Positions 1-12,218 of a DNA stretch of 38,928 bases are shown here, piece by piece (position 1 is the stretch's first letter; each line of letters opens with the position of its first letter). The DNA is taken from positions 10,256,537 to 10,295,464 of the forward strand of contig NC_069002.1 in assembly GCF_001194135.2 (NCBI RefSeq), given 5' to 3'. The notes beneath the pieces were generated by a model. The model saw only the letters and a program-made list of their open reading frames with translations. It did not search any database and had not been told where the DNA came from. Source of the DNA: Octopus bimaculoides (taxonomy: Eukaryota). The translations under genes and the position numbers were made by a program.

Positions 1-141
<141 letters not shown>

Positions 142-381
142 GGACGATATAGAGAGGGGCTTTTTTGTAATATCATATTAGGGAAAAATTTTTCTGCTTA
201 AGATTTGCTTTGTTTTCATAAATTTTGTCTTTGTCTGATATCATCATATTATAATTTTCATATCATTGCATTAATATGACTTTTGATAGCCACCGGCTAA
301 ATGATACGGTGCTCCAGCCCAGAAGTGTGTGGAAGCGTATGATTATATTTATGCGTGCATACAAGTACTTACATAGGCGTG

Positions 382-417
<36 letters not shown>

Positions 418-566
418 TATGTATGCAAATAGTTATGTTTGTATGTAGGCATTTCTGTATGCATGTATGTATCTGTGCATTTACATTGCTTCTTTGCAGC
501 TGCATATACATGCACAAACGATCAGGTATACATACATACACCTCTCTCACACACATTCTCTCTCTT

Positions 567-619
<53 letters not shown>

Positions 620-1272
620 ATACGTACGTACACAGACACATCTAACCACCCATACGCATAAACACACTCATCGTGTAGTTATATANNNNNNNNNNNNNNN
701 NNNNNNNNNNNNNNNNNNNNNNNNNNNNNNNNNNNNNNNNNNNNNNNNNNNNNNNNNNNNNNNNNNNNNNNNNNNNNNNNNNNNNNNNNNNNNNNNNNNN
801 NNNNNNNNNNNNNNNNNNNNNNNNNNNNNNNNNNNNNNNNNNNNNNNNNNNNNNNNNNNNNNNNNNNNNNNNNNNNNNNNNNNNATATATATATATACAT
901 ATTATATTATATATATATATGTATATATATTATATATATATATGTATATCAAACAACATATATGCATAGATTTTTGATATAAATATAATTATCAACCTTA
1001 TCTCCATGAGATTTATTAAAATATTATTGTGTATATACATTTCGTACGGGTTTATGTATATATAGATTTCCACATTCAATTTATATGCTAGTTTTATCAC
1101 TAAATTATATATCTTCTGTTAAGACTATTAATGACGCTTGTGTGCATTGATGTATACATGTGTGTATGTATATATATATATATGTATGTATGTATGTATA
1201 TACACACATATATATATATATATATGTATGTATGTATAAATATATATTGTTCAAATTTATAGAAAGAACTAA

Positions 1273-1380
1273 GTCGAAGAGAGGTGTAGAAATAACAAAC
1301 AAGTGTTTTAGTTGGACGCTCGGGAAAAATGGAGAAATCTTTTACGTTTCGAGCCTACGCTGTTCGAGAGAAAGGAATAA
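1273..1380 (-). mobile_element. Short interspersed repeat (Penelope-type terminal-repeat fragment) with degenerate hammerhead-like motif, copy 1
   Basis: Aligns with 18208-18310 through shared blocks gaaga.aggtg, acgctcgggaa, acgtttcgagcctacgct and gaaaggaa. Minus strand reads cttt CTCTCGA A CAGC GTAG GCTC GAAA CG TA AAAG. Confidence 0.6.
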
Positions 1381-1463
1381 GAGGAGATAAATAGAGAGAG
1401 AGAGTTAGAAAAACATATGTATACATATAAATGAATGTATACATATATATATGAGTGTATATG

Positions 1464-1540
<77 letters not shown>

Positions 1541-1610
1541 NNNNNNNNNNTATGTATGTATGCAACTATGCATACTTGTATCTGTACTATATATTTATCT
1601 AAAAGATAAA

Positions 1611-1660
<50 letters not shown>

Positions 1661-1869
1661 ACATACACACTACCTGAGCCATGTAGACGTTCTTCGCCTT
1701 TTCGATTTCTTTGCTTCCAGTACTATTTGTGGGCTTGCTCTGAATTTTCGTACTGCACGGATTTTGTTTGCATATGCGGCAACACACAAAATTAGGACGG
1801 ATCGAAAATATAAATATAAGCATTTTAAATACAAATATAAGCATTTTATTTGTAGCCATTCAACAACAC

Positions 1870-2310
1870 CTTCTAGTCTTATACCAGTCATCAAATCTCA
1901 GAAGCTTAAATCATGAATCACAAATTATAGACAGCTGAAGACAACCACCAAATTTGAAAAGATTCTTAACGTAGGTGAAATTCACACAAGAAGAATAAAT
2001 AACAAAAATAAAAATCTTCGTTGTGTAACGTGTGAAATAACTGAACAGAGCAACGAGAACTATATCGGCCAGACAGGATCAAAATTAATACAACGGTTTA
2101 GGGTACATAGACAACACATCATAGAAGTGAATATCAAAAAATTTGTACGAATGGAAAATTCAAAATATTTCCTTTTGCCAGAATAAATGAATAACAGACA
2201 GACGAACAATACTTTATAAAAATTTTTAATCCGAAACTAGATCGTAGTCAACATCGCTACGGAAAACAACTTCTTCTATACGGATTACATCCAAGTGCAT
2301 ATGTCTGAAA
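1870..2310 (+). mobile_element. Penelope-like retroelement relic (RT-EN linker plus GIY-YIG endonuclease), pseudogenised
   Basis: Manual translation across frameshifts and stops: IIDS*RQPPNLKRFLT*VKFTQEE (from 1924), RCVTC (2019-2033), YIGQTGSKLIQRFRVHRQHI (2061-2120), GKFKIFPF and EQYFIKIFNPKLD (about 2204-2242). These match Penelope GIY-YIG motifs (YIGxTxxxLxxRxxxH; E..I...P.LN) with an upstream CxxC. Confidence 0.88.
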
Positions 2311-3737
2311 ATTGTAAAGAATGAATGCGCTTACACACGTTACGAAAACTTACAAAATGTTTGCATCATTATTTAAAATGAATCGTTCATATTATTAGTA
2401 ATTTTTGATTGAAGTAAATCTTACTTCAGATATGATTGTATCAATGATTCTTTGAAAACACTTTTTTATAATGTGTGTGTGTCCGTCTGTGTGTGTGTTC
2501 GTGTGTGTGTTTGCGCTCGTGAANNNNNNNNNNNNNNNNNNNNNNNNNNNNNNNNNNNNNNNNNNNNNNNNNNNNNNNNNNNNNNNNNNNNNNNNNNNNN
2601 NNNNNNNNNNNNNNNNNNNNNNNNNNNNNNNNNNNNNNNNNNNNNNNNNNNNNNNNNNNNNNNNNNNNNNNNNNNNNNNNNNNNNNNNNNNNNNNNNNNN
2701 NNNNNNNNNNNNNNNNNNNNNNNNNNNNNNNNNNNNNNNNNNNNNNNNNNNNNNNNNNNNNNNNNNNNNNNNNNNNNNNNNNNNNNNNNNNNNNNNNNNN
2801 NNNNNNNNNNNNNNNNNNNNNNNNNNNNNNNNNNNNNNNNNNNNNNNNNNNNNNNNNNNNNNNNNNNNNNNNNNNNNNNNNNNNNNNNNNNNNNNNNNNN
2901 NNNNNNNNNNNNNNNNNNNNNNNNNNNNNNNNNNNNNNNNNNNNNNNNNNNNNNNNNNNNNNNNNNNNNNNNNNNNNNNNNNNNNNNNNNNNNNNNNNNN
3001 NNNNNNNNNNNNNNNNNNNNNNNNNNNNNNNNNNNNNNNNNNNNNNNNNNNNNNNNNNNNNNNNNNNNNNNNNNNNNNNNNNNNNNNNNNNNNNNNNNNN
3101 NNNNNNNNNNNNNNNNNNNNNNCAAATTCAAAAACTACAAAAACGAAAAGAGCGAGAACAAAAAAATCCTACTAAAAAAAAATGGCTGCGTCTTGTTTTA
3201 CAGTGTTCTTCTTGTCAACTTTCATTTTCGTTTTCCGTTGACCGTTTATATTTTCATCTGATGTAGTAAATATACTTTCGCAACGAAATAATCGGTCAGG
3301 TGGGGGTGGAGGAGTGGAGCGAGAAGGTATTCAATGTTTATTTTACGTTTCATTTTGATGTCAAGAATCTCCTTATGCTCGAATCACATGACAAAAAAGA
3401 AACCCTTCCCTTTTTACATCCGGAAAAACAACAACAACAACAACTACAACAATAAAAGAAAAAACAAAATCAAAAACTACCGAATTTACTAAAGAAAATA
3501 AACCAAACAAAAAAGAAAAGAAAACAGCAGAACACGAAGGAATAAGCTAAACCAAAACAATTTGTTACAAGGAAAACAACGATATCTTTGTAGACGGTTT
3601 TAAACTGCACGAATGGTAACTAAACAAATAACCGTTCTCTTTACATTTCTATCTCTTTCTGCCCTCACCCCTCTCTCCCTTTATATATATCTATGTATGC
3701 GTGTATATATATATACATATATATATATACATACATT

Positions 3738-3778
<41 letters not shown>

Positions 3779-4172
3779 NNNNNNNNNNNNNNNNNNNNNN
3801 NNNNNNNNNNNNNNNNNNNNNNNNNNNNNNNNNNNNNNNNNNNNNNNNNNNNNNNNNNNNNNNNNNNNNNNNNNNNNNNNNNNNNNNNNNNNNNNNNNNN
3901 NNNNNNNNNNNNNNNNNNNNNNNNNNNNNNNNNNNNNNNNNNNNNNNNNNNNNNNNNNNNNNNNNNNNNNNNNNNNNNNNNNNNNNNNNNNNNNNNNNNN
4001 NNNNNNNNNNNNNNNNNNNNNNNNNNNNNNNNNNNNNNNNNNNNNNNNNNNNNNNNNNNNNNNNNNNNNNNNNNNNNNNNNNNNNNNNNNNNNNNNNNNN
4101 NNNNNNNNNNNNNNNNNNNNNNNNNNNNNNNNNNNNNNATCTATCTGTCTATCTATCTAGCTATCTATCTAT

Positions 4173-4221
<49 letters not shown>

Positions 4222-4277
4222 CCTATCTATCTATCTCTCTCTCTCTCTCTATTTCTATGTCTCTCTCACTCTGCCTC

Positions 4278-4315
<38 letters not shown>

Positions 4316-5597
4316 TTTCACTCTCTTCCACTCCCATATGTCTGTCTATAACCCGCCCTCTCCTTCTCTCCACCTCTTTTTCTTTCCCTCACATAACAGA
4401 CTCTTGCTCATTTTCTCCTTCTCCCCATCACCTCTGTCTCTCACTCTATCTCTCTTTATCTTTCCCTCTTACTCTCTCATTTAACAGTATTTAGCCTACT
4501 CTCTCTCTCTCTCTCTCTGTCCATCTTTCCCTCTCTCTCTCTCTCTTTCTCCCATATATCTGACTCAAATCTAATCCCACCACCTCTGTCTCTCTCTTTA
4601 TCTCTCTCAAACTCTCTCTCTCTCTCTCACTCTCTTTCTCTTTATATCTCTCTGTTTCATATATCTAGCTCCACTCTGCCCGCTCCCTCTCACCCATTTC
4701 TGTCTCTCACCCTTTTTTTATTTCTCTCTTTCCTGTCTCTCTCTCTCTCTCTCTCTCTCCCTCCCTCCCTCTCTCCCTCTCTCTTCCCTTCTCTGCCTTC
4801 ACCGTCTCCAAGACCACACAAAGCTAACAACAAATAAAACAGACATCAGAAAGACGCTAGAATTACCCCTACTTTTACAGAGCTCAATGAGTGGCAGCAA
4901 AGCGACTCGTCTCTGTTTAACAGTGGCACGTAACATCGTGTACGTCAATTGACTTGACAAGCCAAACAGGAAATGCGCTCAACTAAAATGAAGAGCAGGC
5001 GATTCAGCAGCGCTTCCGGTTTGTCAGTGATCACGAGGAAGTGATCTGCAAAGCTCGTCAGCTTGAGGATACACGCGCTCGTAAAATCTGCGGAACTGAA
5101 TTATAGTTTTCTATTCTATTTTGCTTTCGATAAAATGGTCCTTAATTATCGCCAAATTGAACCGGGTTTTTACGTGTTTGCCGTTGTTTGCTGTTGTTTG
5201 ACGTTGTCGTCTGCCTTTTAAAATGAAAAGCAATTGGCCCAATTTAATCTTTGGACTTAAAACAGAAACGGAAAATTAAACCGACTTTTAGAAGTCGACC
5301 AACGTATGGTTTCCGATTTCAAATTGTACTCATGTTTGTCTTAATTTTCCAAATGCACAAATTTGTTTGTTTGCTTGATTTGATGTGTTGTTTTGTTCTG
5401 AGGTTTTGTCTTTGGGTTTTTTTTGTTTGTTTGTTTGTTTGTTTGTTTGTTTTATCTTCTGTGTTCATAAAATAATTAACTGGCTTTATTTTCATCGATC
5501 GATGAAACAAGATCAAATGGTTTATTTCGATTGCTTGTGACAAAATAATAATAATAATAAAAAAACTAAAATAATAATATATAATATAATGTAATGA

Positions 5598-5671
<74 letters not shown>

Positions 5672-5690
5672 TAATAATAATAATAAATAA
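5598..5690. repeat. (AAT)n trinucleotide microsatellite
   Basis: Direct. Confidence 0.98.
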
Positions 5691-6400
5691 GCAAAACAAG
5701 AGAACGAGAGAGAATAGACGTGGAGCGAACGAAACGTTAAGGAGAGGGGAAACAGGAAAAAGAAAAAGATACAACAAAAGGAAAAGAATATGGAATGACA
5801 ACAGAACCAAAGAAAAAAAAGAAAGAAAGAATATAATAGATGGGAGCAATGATACATAATTAAATAACAATGATGATGATGATGGTGATGATATCAATAA
5901 AGAGAATAGTAGAATAATATTACTGTAAATGTTATTAATATTTCCATAGGAATTGTAACCAGATCAGAAGGGAGAACACAACTAAAGAAAAAGCTCTGCT
6001 GTAAAACGAAAATGGTGGACTTTTCTCGAACAATTTCTGAGTCGTTCGGAAGAGGATGGGGGATAATAGCAAGGAGAGGGTGGGGTGGGTGTTGTGCGGA
6101 ATAAATAGAGGGAAAGAGTTGTCATATCCTTTTGTCACCGGTTTACATTATAATCCGGCAGAGTTCATTTCATCACACTGTTTGCTTTGGCTTGTTTTTC
6201 TTAAGAATTTTTTCCCCCGTTTCTTATATTTCAATTTGTTCTGTTTTTTGTATTTGTTTTTGTTTTTTTTGTTTTTTTGTTATTTTTTTCTTTTATTGAT
6301 CACTTAACCAATCATGATCGTAGCAAAGTGGAGGGAAGGGTGATGAAAATTTACCTGGTTCTTGACTCCTGCTAGAAATAACAGCTAATAGCTCTGTCTT

Positions 6401-6561
<161 letters not shown>

Positions 6562-6698
6562 CAACTCACAATGCCAACGTTCTTTTAAATAAAACCAGAT
6601 CATACAAACACACACACACACCAACAGAAATAAAAACAAAGAACCGGAAGTAGATATTGGATAAAGAAGTCAAAGTAAAACTATGTTCATTGAGCGAA

Positions 6699-6765
6699 GG
6701 ATGTTTTTGATCATAAGCCTGTTTGCTCGATAAGTGCTCCTGACCTGGGGCTAAACAGTAGCAAT
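6699..6765 (+). mobile_element. Fragment of a recurrent interspersed repeat (probable LINE 3' tail ending ctgacctggggctaaaca(aca)n)
   Basis: The reverse complement (tgtttagccccaggtcag...gagcaaacaggcttatgatcaaaaacatcc) resembles 21976-22052, 8040-8079 and 28112-28160. Related ctagaaata(g/a)cagc/caac motifs occur at about 6367-6390 and 17074-17098. LINE-tail identity is inferred. Confidence 0.55.
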
Positions 6766-7211
6766 CTCACCAAAGCCGAAAATGCAGCAAACATGTCTTC
6801 TTCTCTCCTCTTTTACTTTTGTTTTAGTTTAGTTTTTTTTTTGTTATTGTTTGGTTTTCTTTATTTATTTACGAATATATTTCTCTTTGATGTCATACTT
6901 TACGTTCTTGTCATTTCCTATCGCTATCTCTCTCTCTCCCTCTCTCCGTCTCTCCCTCTCTCCGTCTCTCCCTTTCACACTCTCTCTCTCTCTCTTTCTC
7001 TCTCGAGCCATCTCTCTTTCCCTTCAACTTTCTGTCTCACTCTGTAGCTCTCTCTCTCTCGCTCAGTCTGTCTTCCTTTCTCTATCTCTCTGTCTCTCTC
7101 TTTCACTATCTCTCCTATTCTCTTTATCTCTCAAGGATATTCTCTCTCTCACTCTCTCTGCTACTTTCTCTCTCTTTCTCTCTGCTACTTCCTGTCTCTT
7201 TTCCTCTGCTA

Positions 7212-7249
<38 letters not shown>

Positions 7250-7481
7250 NNNNNNNNNNNNNNNNNNNNNNNNNNNNNNNNNNNNNNNNNNNNNNNNNNN
7301 NNNNNNNNNNNNNNNNNNNNNNNNNNNNNNNNNNNNNNNNNNNNNNNNNNNNNNNNNNNNNNNNNNNNNNNNNNNNNNNNNNNNNNNNNNNNNNNNNNNN
7401 NNNNNNNNNNNNNNNNNNNNNNNNNNNNNNNNNNNNNNNNNNNNNNNNNNNNNNNNNTATATATATATATATATATATATA

Positions 7482-7522
<41 letters not shown>

Positions 7523-8039
7523 TACTTTCTCTCTCTCACTCATTTTATTCTCTATGTCTCTCTAAGACATTCTCTCTTTCACTCCCTCTACCACCTTCTA
7601 TCCCTTTCTAAGGTACTCCCTCTCTCATCCTTTCTCTCTCTTTCTCTCGCTCTCTCACTCTCTCACTCTCACTCTCGCTCTCTTTCTCTCTTTCTAAGGC
7701 ACTCTCCCGTTCTCTATCTCTCTCAACGGCACACTTCCACTCTCTTTTTCTCTCTCCCTTTCTCTTCCTCTTCTCTTTCGCTCTAAGATACATCATCTTT
7801 CAATGTTTTTCGATAACTCCTTATAGTATGACACGGAAATGTACTCTATCTCTAGTGTACACGACTATGGGAGACGAGGATTCGATGTTTCGAATCCTGT
7901 CACTGGTACTGTGTTGCTAGTATGGAGAAGATTCGTGAATTTCAAATAGTCCCAATGGAAAAAGACAGAAGCGGGATCACTACAATGGCGGAAGTCATCG
8001 TTGCTGCTGTCTAGCTTCATATCTTTCCTTGTCAAGAAA

Positions 8040-8079
8040 CAGATCAATGATTTAAAGCATTCCAGCTATGGCCATCCCA
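8040..8079 (-). mobile_element. Fragment of the same LINE-tail-like repeat
   Basis: cagatcaatgatttaaagcattccagctatggccatccc resembles 22015-22045 and 28112-28160. Confidence 0.45.
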
Positions 8080-8481
8080 TAGCAATGCATATTGAAAAAA
8101 AAATATTCATAAAAAAAAATGGAATTCGGAGAAAAACAATTTGTACAGAAGATTTGATCTAAAATATATTGGTCATCTCTCTCTCTATCTCTATCTCTAT
8201 CTCTTTTTCNNNNNNNNNNNNNNNNNNNNNNNNNNNNNNNNNNNNNNNNNNNNNNNNNNNNNNNNNNNNNNNNNNNNNNNNNNNNNNNNNNNNNNNNNNN
8301 NNNNNNNNNNNNNNNNNNNNNNNNNNNNNNNNNNNNNNNNNNNNNNNNNNNNNNNNNNNNNNNNNNNNNNNNNNNNNNNNNNNNNNNNNNNNNNNNNNNN
8401 NNNNNNNNNNNNNNNNNNNNNNNNNNNNNNNNNNNNNNNNNNNNNNNNNNNNNNNNNNNNNNNNNNNNNNNNNNNNNTATA

Positions 8482-8636
8482 TATATTTCATCTTTTACTT
8501 ATTTCGTATCTTCCGTCTTCTGTCTCTCTCCTTAACCAGATGCTCAGCAAACACTGGTTGAGTATCTTTGTTGAGTATCTGGTTAATGAGAGAGATGGAA
8601 GACGGAAGATACGAAATAAGTAAAAGATGAAATATA
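8482..8636. repeat. Long inverted repeat / hairpin: 70-bp arms (8482-8551, 8567-8636) with a 15-nt loop
   Basis: Base-by-base comparison shows 65/70 Watson-Crick complementary, with the outer 39 bp perfect. Confidence 0.97.
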
Positions 8637-9105
8637 GATGATAAATAATTGAAGCAGCACTCATATCAAAACACAAAGCTAAAAAAAATAAGGACGAAAT
8701 ACACAAGTCTCAAACAGGCTTAGCACGTGATTCATGACGTGTAACTCTAACGGGTCTGCTGAGGTAGAATTTCAAAGCTCAAATTCAGACGATAAAGGCT
8801 GCCTAAGTTATAGTAACTCACTGTGAAAGAGGCTCTGTGGGATGCAACAATACTACATACCCTAATGATGATCCCGAGTTAGTTGCAAGTGTCGATAAAA
8901 ATCAACTTAAGAACCTTATTCTCCCAAATATATTGCAAGGAATTGCACAAGAAAATGTGGGGAAAAGAACTAAGAAAAATCATTAACCTACAACATAGTC
9001 GTGTTTTTGGGGTTTTTTTTTTTTTACTATGTCTTTAAAAAAAAAGCTGTTTTCCATATATGCGAATAAATGTGTGAGTACATATATATAGAGAGAGAGG
9101 AAAGG

Positions 9106-9426
9106 AGTACTCCGTCGGTTACGACGGTGAGGATCTCAGCTGATACGATCAGCGGAACAGCTTGCACGTGAAATTAACGAGCAAGTGGCTGATTGCTCCA
9201 CAGACACGTGTACCCTTAACGTAGTTCTCAGGGAGATTCAGCGTGACACAGAGTGTGACAAAGTTGACTTTGTGGAATACGAGTACTTCTCATTTTTACC
9301 AGCTGAATAGAACGGAGCAAGGTGAAATAAAGTGTCTTGCCCAAGGACAAAACGCGTCCCCCGGAATTGAACTCACGGCCTTACGATCATGAGCCGAATG
9401 ACCTAACCACTAAGTCACGCGCCTTC
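9106..9426 (-). mobile_element. tRNA-derived SINE (head + tgtccttgggcaagacactttatttcac central domain + shared 3' tail)
   Basis: Minus strand has A box tgacttagtggttagg and B box gagttcaattcc. It is collinear with 37781-38076 and shares its 3' tail with 33975-34248. Confidence 0.93.
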
Positions 9427-9716
9427 AAATATATATATATATATATGTATATATGTATATATATATATATATGTGTGTGCATATATATATGTGCATATAT
9501 ATACATATATATGTATACATACATATATATATATGTATATATATATATACGTATATGCATATATACGTGCATATATATATACATATATTCATATGTGTGT
9601 ATGCGTCTGTATGCATGTGTCTGTGTATCTGTGTTTCTGTGTATGTTGTGTGTATGTGTTTTATATGTGTGTACATATATACAGGTGTATTTATATCTAT
9701 GTATATACATATATAC

Positions 9717-9747
<31 letters not shown>

Positions 9748-10482
9748 NNNNNNNNNNNNNNNNNNNNNNNNNNNNNNNNNNNNNNNNNNNNNNNNNNNNN
9801 NNNNNNNNNNNNNNNNNNNNNNNNNNNNNNNNNNNNNNNNNNNNNNNNNNNNNNNNNNNNNNNNNNNNNNNNNNNNNNNNNNNNNNNNNNNNNNNNNNNN
9901 NNNNNNNNNNNNNNNNNNNNNNNNNNNNNNNNNNNNNNNNNNNNNNNNNNNNNNNNNNNNNNNNNNNNNNNNNNNNNNNNNNNNNNNNNNNNNNNNNNNN
10001 NNNNNNNNNNNNNNNNNNNNNNNNNNNNNNNNNNNNNNNNNNNNNNNNNNNNNNNNNNNNNNNNNNNNNNNNNNNNNNNNNNNNNNNNNNNNNNNNNNNN
10101 NNNNNNNNNNNNNNNNNNNNNNNNNNNNNNNNNNNNNNNNNNNNNNNNNNNNNNNNNNNNNNNNNNNNNNNNNNNNNNNNNNNNNNNNNNNNNNNNNNNN
10201 NNNNNNNNNNNNNNNNNNNNNNNNNNNTATATATATATATATATATATATATATTGTATATATATTTATATGGACTCACGTGTCTGCGTATGTGTGCGTG
10301 CGTGCGTGCGTGCGTGTCTGTGTGCGTCTTTGTGTCAACCTTCCAGCATTGTCTGTAGGTATGCCAACCTGTAGATATCTTCCGTTTAACGGACACAGGA
10401 AAGACTTATAAAACTAAGCAAAAACCGACCGCTACCATTAACTTAACATCCATCTTGTATCTAACTATTGGTGTTGTCAGAG

Positions 10483-10565
10483 GGCGGGAAATGAATGGCG
10501 GGAAATGACAGCAGTGAGCGGTATAAAAGGATGAAGCGCGAGAGTTAAGAGAAGGACGCGTTATT
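10483..10565 (+). promoter_or_regulatory. Candidate core promoter: two E2F-type GGCGGGAAA sites plus a TATA box
   Basis: GGCGGGAAA at 10483-10491 and 10497-10505, TATAAAAG at 10522-10529, CpG-containing downstream sequence. Motif evidence only. Confidence 0.3.
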
Positions 10566-10916
10566 CATGTAATATGTCGGCGTGATGGCCATGATGTCTA
10601 CGGTACTGGAACTTGGAATACTTAATGGTTTATTAAAAAAATGTTTTTCAAGGTTGTCAAATAGTTTTCTTGCCTTTTGCTTTTGTTTTCTTTTCATTTA
10701 CGTTTTTTGTTTGTTTCTTTACTTTTTCAGTTTTTTTTTTGTTGCTGTTTGTTTGTTTGTTTTTTCTCTTTCTCTTTCTCCTTTCGATATTAAATTAGCC
10801 GAAATGTCAGAGAGTTTAGATATTTAATCCTATACGTGTGTATGTAGGTATGTGCATAGGAATGTACGTACGTTGAGAAGTGCGTATGTGTCTCTGTGTG
10901 TCTGTGTTTGTGTCTC

Positions 10917-10951
<35 letters not shown>

Positions 10952-11444
10952 AGGAGAGAGTGAGAGAGTGTACGTGTGTGTGTTTATATATATGTATGTA
11001 TGTATGTACGTACGTACGTATGTATGTATGTATGTATACTAACACACATATATCACACAATTTAGATACATCGCTAGACGATTTTTTCTTCCGATACTGA
11101 TATTGTTTCGTGTTTTTAAACAAAGTGCGTCCACAAGATATATAATTCCTTGAAAATTACCGCCATTGATTTCCCTTTCGCGATGTATCTGCATTAATTA
11201 TGAAGCACATATAGTTATTTTAATTTACTTTAATCTACTCCTTATTTTGTAATAAAATTGCGTGTTTTATTACAATCAATTTTCTGCTTGATTAACTACA
11301 CAGCTACTCCTGCGGTAATAATCTTATTAAATCAGGCAGTTTCGCAGTACTGAATATATTTGTGGAACTCGAATTAAATAAGGCTACAATTAACCGTATA
11401 AAAGTATTAAGTTTAAAAAATCTGGATAGAACGAATTACTGAAG

Positions 11445-11517
11445 ATCGCCAGAGGAAATCGAACTCAAATCTACTTCTTACATGTCAGATGTTCAGCCAT
11501 TGGACCAAAGAAACCCT
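11445..11517 (-). mobile_element. Degenerate tRNA-like Pol III head (old SINE head or tRNA pseudogene)
   Basis: Minus strand has A-box-like tggtccaatgg and B-box-like gagttcgatttcc at tRNA-like spacing. No intact acceptor stem. Confidence 0.45.
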
Positions 11518-12167
11518 TCGAAATTCTCTGTCCATTTTAGAAGCTTTGTTCTTACCACCTAGAGTTGTATGTTATTGATGTGATAAGAATTTTAAAAAAC
11601 TTAGGAGTTAAATATCAGAGTAGATAAAGCTACAAATGATAGCATGGAAATATTAGGTTTAAAACGCAGAAGAGAGAAAAAGTCGAAGACTGTTTGATCT
11701 CGTGATCGGTAAAAAAGTAATTTCTTTTCATACTCGTTGCCTTAAAACCTTAGATACATTCACTGTTACTGAAAGCAGTTATAATATTGAGAGCAATCTA
11801 CTACTACCTTTAGCGGACGAGTATCAACCACTGAGGATGAACACAAAGAGCTCGAAACCGTACAGGCTGTTAATTCCGTCACTGGAAGATGGTAGAGGTC
11901 CGCTCTCCTGCTTGCAATATATATTGGGTGCACATTGCATCGAATAACCAACTAGAGAAGGCGTCCTTCAGGGGTTAGAATGGTAATAACGCCGGTTTTA
12001 ACGGAACAACCATGTTGAAGTGGCGATGAACATTACTTCTCAGTATAGTTACTGATTTCATCTCTTCTAGAGATTTTCTAGCAAACTACTTTGCATATAT
12101 TATATATATATATGTGTGTATGTGTGTGTTTATAATTGCGTGTGCATGTGTCTGTGTGTATAGATAA

Positions 12168-12218
<51 letters not shown>

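Noticed and set aside
3239-3299. Type-III hammerhead-like arrangement (stem III tgaccgtttat/ataatcggtca with 10/11 pairs, CTGATGT, GAAA)
   Set aside because: Only 7 nt are available for stem I and they cannot pair, core A9 is T, and stem II is irregular. At best a decayed PLE terminal relic.
8760-8767. TGAGGTAG, the let-7 5' end
   Set aside because: The rest of the mature sequence does not match and no precursor hairpin is present.
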